From: an uncultured Phycisphaeraceae bacterium
Lineage (GTDB): Bacteria; Planctomycetota; Phycisphaerae; Phycisphaerales; Phycisphaeraceae
Reading direction: 5' to 3'
DNA length: 64,000 nt
Assembly: GCA_964523485.1 (NCBI GenBank)
Contig: CAZFZS010000001.1
Coordinates: forward strand, 148,466 to 212,465
The notes beneath the pieces are model-generated. The model saw only the letters and a list, made by a program, of their open reading frames with translations, did no database searches and was not told the DNA's origin. The position numbers and the translations under genes are program-made. Below, in pieces: positions 63,369-64,000 of this stretch. The first letter of the stretch is position 1. Each line of letters begins with the position of its first letter.

Positions 63369-64000
63369 GGGTTGCCCCTAGCCTGAGGATCGGCATCGCA
63401 ACACGGCGGGGCAGGCAACTCACTTGCGTGACACGCCGGCGTCACCGCGTGCGGCTGGTCCGCGGTCACCGCCTCGGCCCGCGCGAGGGTGGGGATGTCG
63501 AGTTGGCCTCGGCCGACCAATGTCCAGCCACCCAGCACGATCAGCGTGATACACGTCAGTGTCGGCAGCCGTCGTCCGAGCGGCCCGGCGAGGGCCTGGA
63601 TGCCCGCCCCGCAGGCGATCAGCGCAGGCAGCGTGCCACTCCAAAACACGGCCATCACCAGCCCGCCCAGCCAGGGGTTGGCCGTCCCCGCGGCGGTGGC
63701 GGCGAAGGCGTAGAGCCAGCCGCAGGGCAGCAGCGTGGTGAGCAGGCCGATCGTCAACGCCCGCCGGGCGGGTGGCATCCGCATGGCGAAGTGTTGCAGG
63801 CGATGAATATTCTTCACCCAGGCAGGCGGTAGACGCCAACGTCCGAGTTGGATGCCGCGCTGTCGCAGCAAGGTGATGATGCCAAACATCAGCAACGTTG
63901 CACCGGCTAGGGGCAAGGCAACTCGGTTGATACCGACGAGTGTTCCGCCGAGGTCGAGCAGCGAGCCGGCCGTCCCCGCCGCGATGCCGAGCAAGGTGTA
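63365..64000 (-). CDS. Sulfite exporter TauE/SafE (DsbD_2)-family membrane protein, 5'-truncated
   Basis: YTLLG..AG..G, GLLTTLLPCGWLY, MAVFWSGTLP; stop overlaps the ccoI start; open to the right edge. Confidence 0.88.
   Translation of the reverse strand, partial: YTLLGIAAGTAGSLLDLGGTLVGINRVALPLAGATLLMFGIITLLRQRGIQLGRWRLPPAWVKNIHRLQHFAMRMPPARRALTIGLLTTLLPCGWLYAFAATAAGTANPWLGGLVMAVFWSGTLPALIACGAGIQALAGPLGRRLPTLTCITLIVLGGWTLVGRGQLDIPTLARAEAVTADQPHAVTPACHASELPAPPCCDADPQARGNP

Overview
A 64-kb, roughly 62% GC (eye estimate) chromosomal core segment, most likely from a Planctomycete of class Phycisphaerae. This is inferred from alpha2-type GlyRS, a C30 carotenoid cluster without a synthase, multiple STAS proteins and conserved planctomycete-type hypothetical proteins. 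Genes: an exopolysaccharide locus (giant TPR protein, Wzc-like protein, epimerase, WecA), rpsB-tsf, a five-gene C30 carotenoid modification cluster, an Fe-S-less (6-4) photolyase-type gene, pckA, upp, a sirC-hemX/ccsA-hemA operon, trpD, a DEAD-box helicase, gmhA, tRNA-Glu(CUC), an RNase HII-like gene, two STAS proteins, ygfZ, pgk, glyQS and cbb3-oxidase maturation genes (ccoI, plus ccoS which the ORF track missed). I found no CRISPR array, integrase, transposase or prophage gene. The most unusual signal is a layered set of short DNA repeats. (1) A 34-bp REP-like element in 6 copies with compensatory stem changes; four copies sit inside hemX, hemA and a GT-C gene without breaking the frame, and two bracket ygfZ in inverted orientation. 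(2) A related 23-30-bp palindrome family in 9 copies. (3) A non-palindromic 11-mer, ACTTCCGGGGG, present at least 9 times exactly versus about 0.1 expected, and often next to the 34-bp element. (4) AT-rich inverted-repeat elements built from 9-bp units. Also notable: two orphan structured-RNA candidates, an attenuator-like rpsB leader, a Wzc lacking the Walker A lysine, and a polyacidic/Arg-rich small gene pair. All counts are by eye and need computational confirmation.
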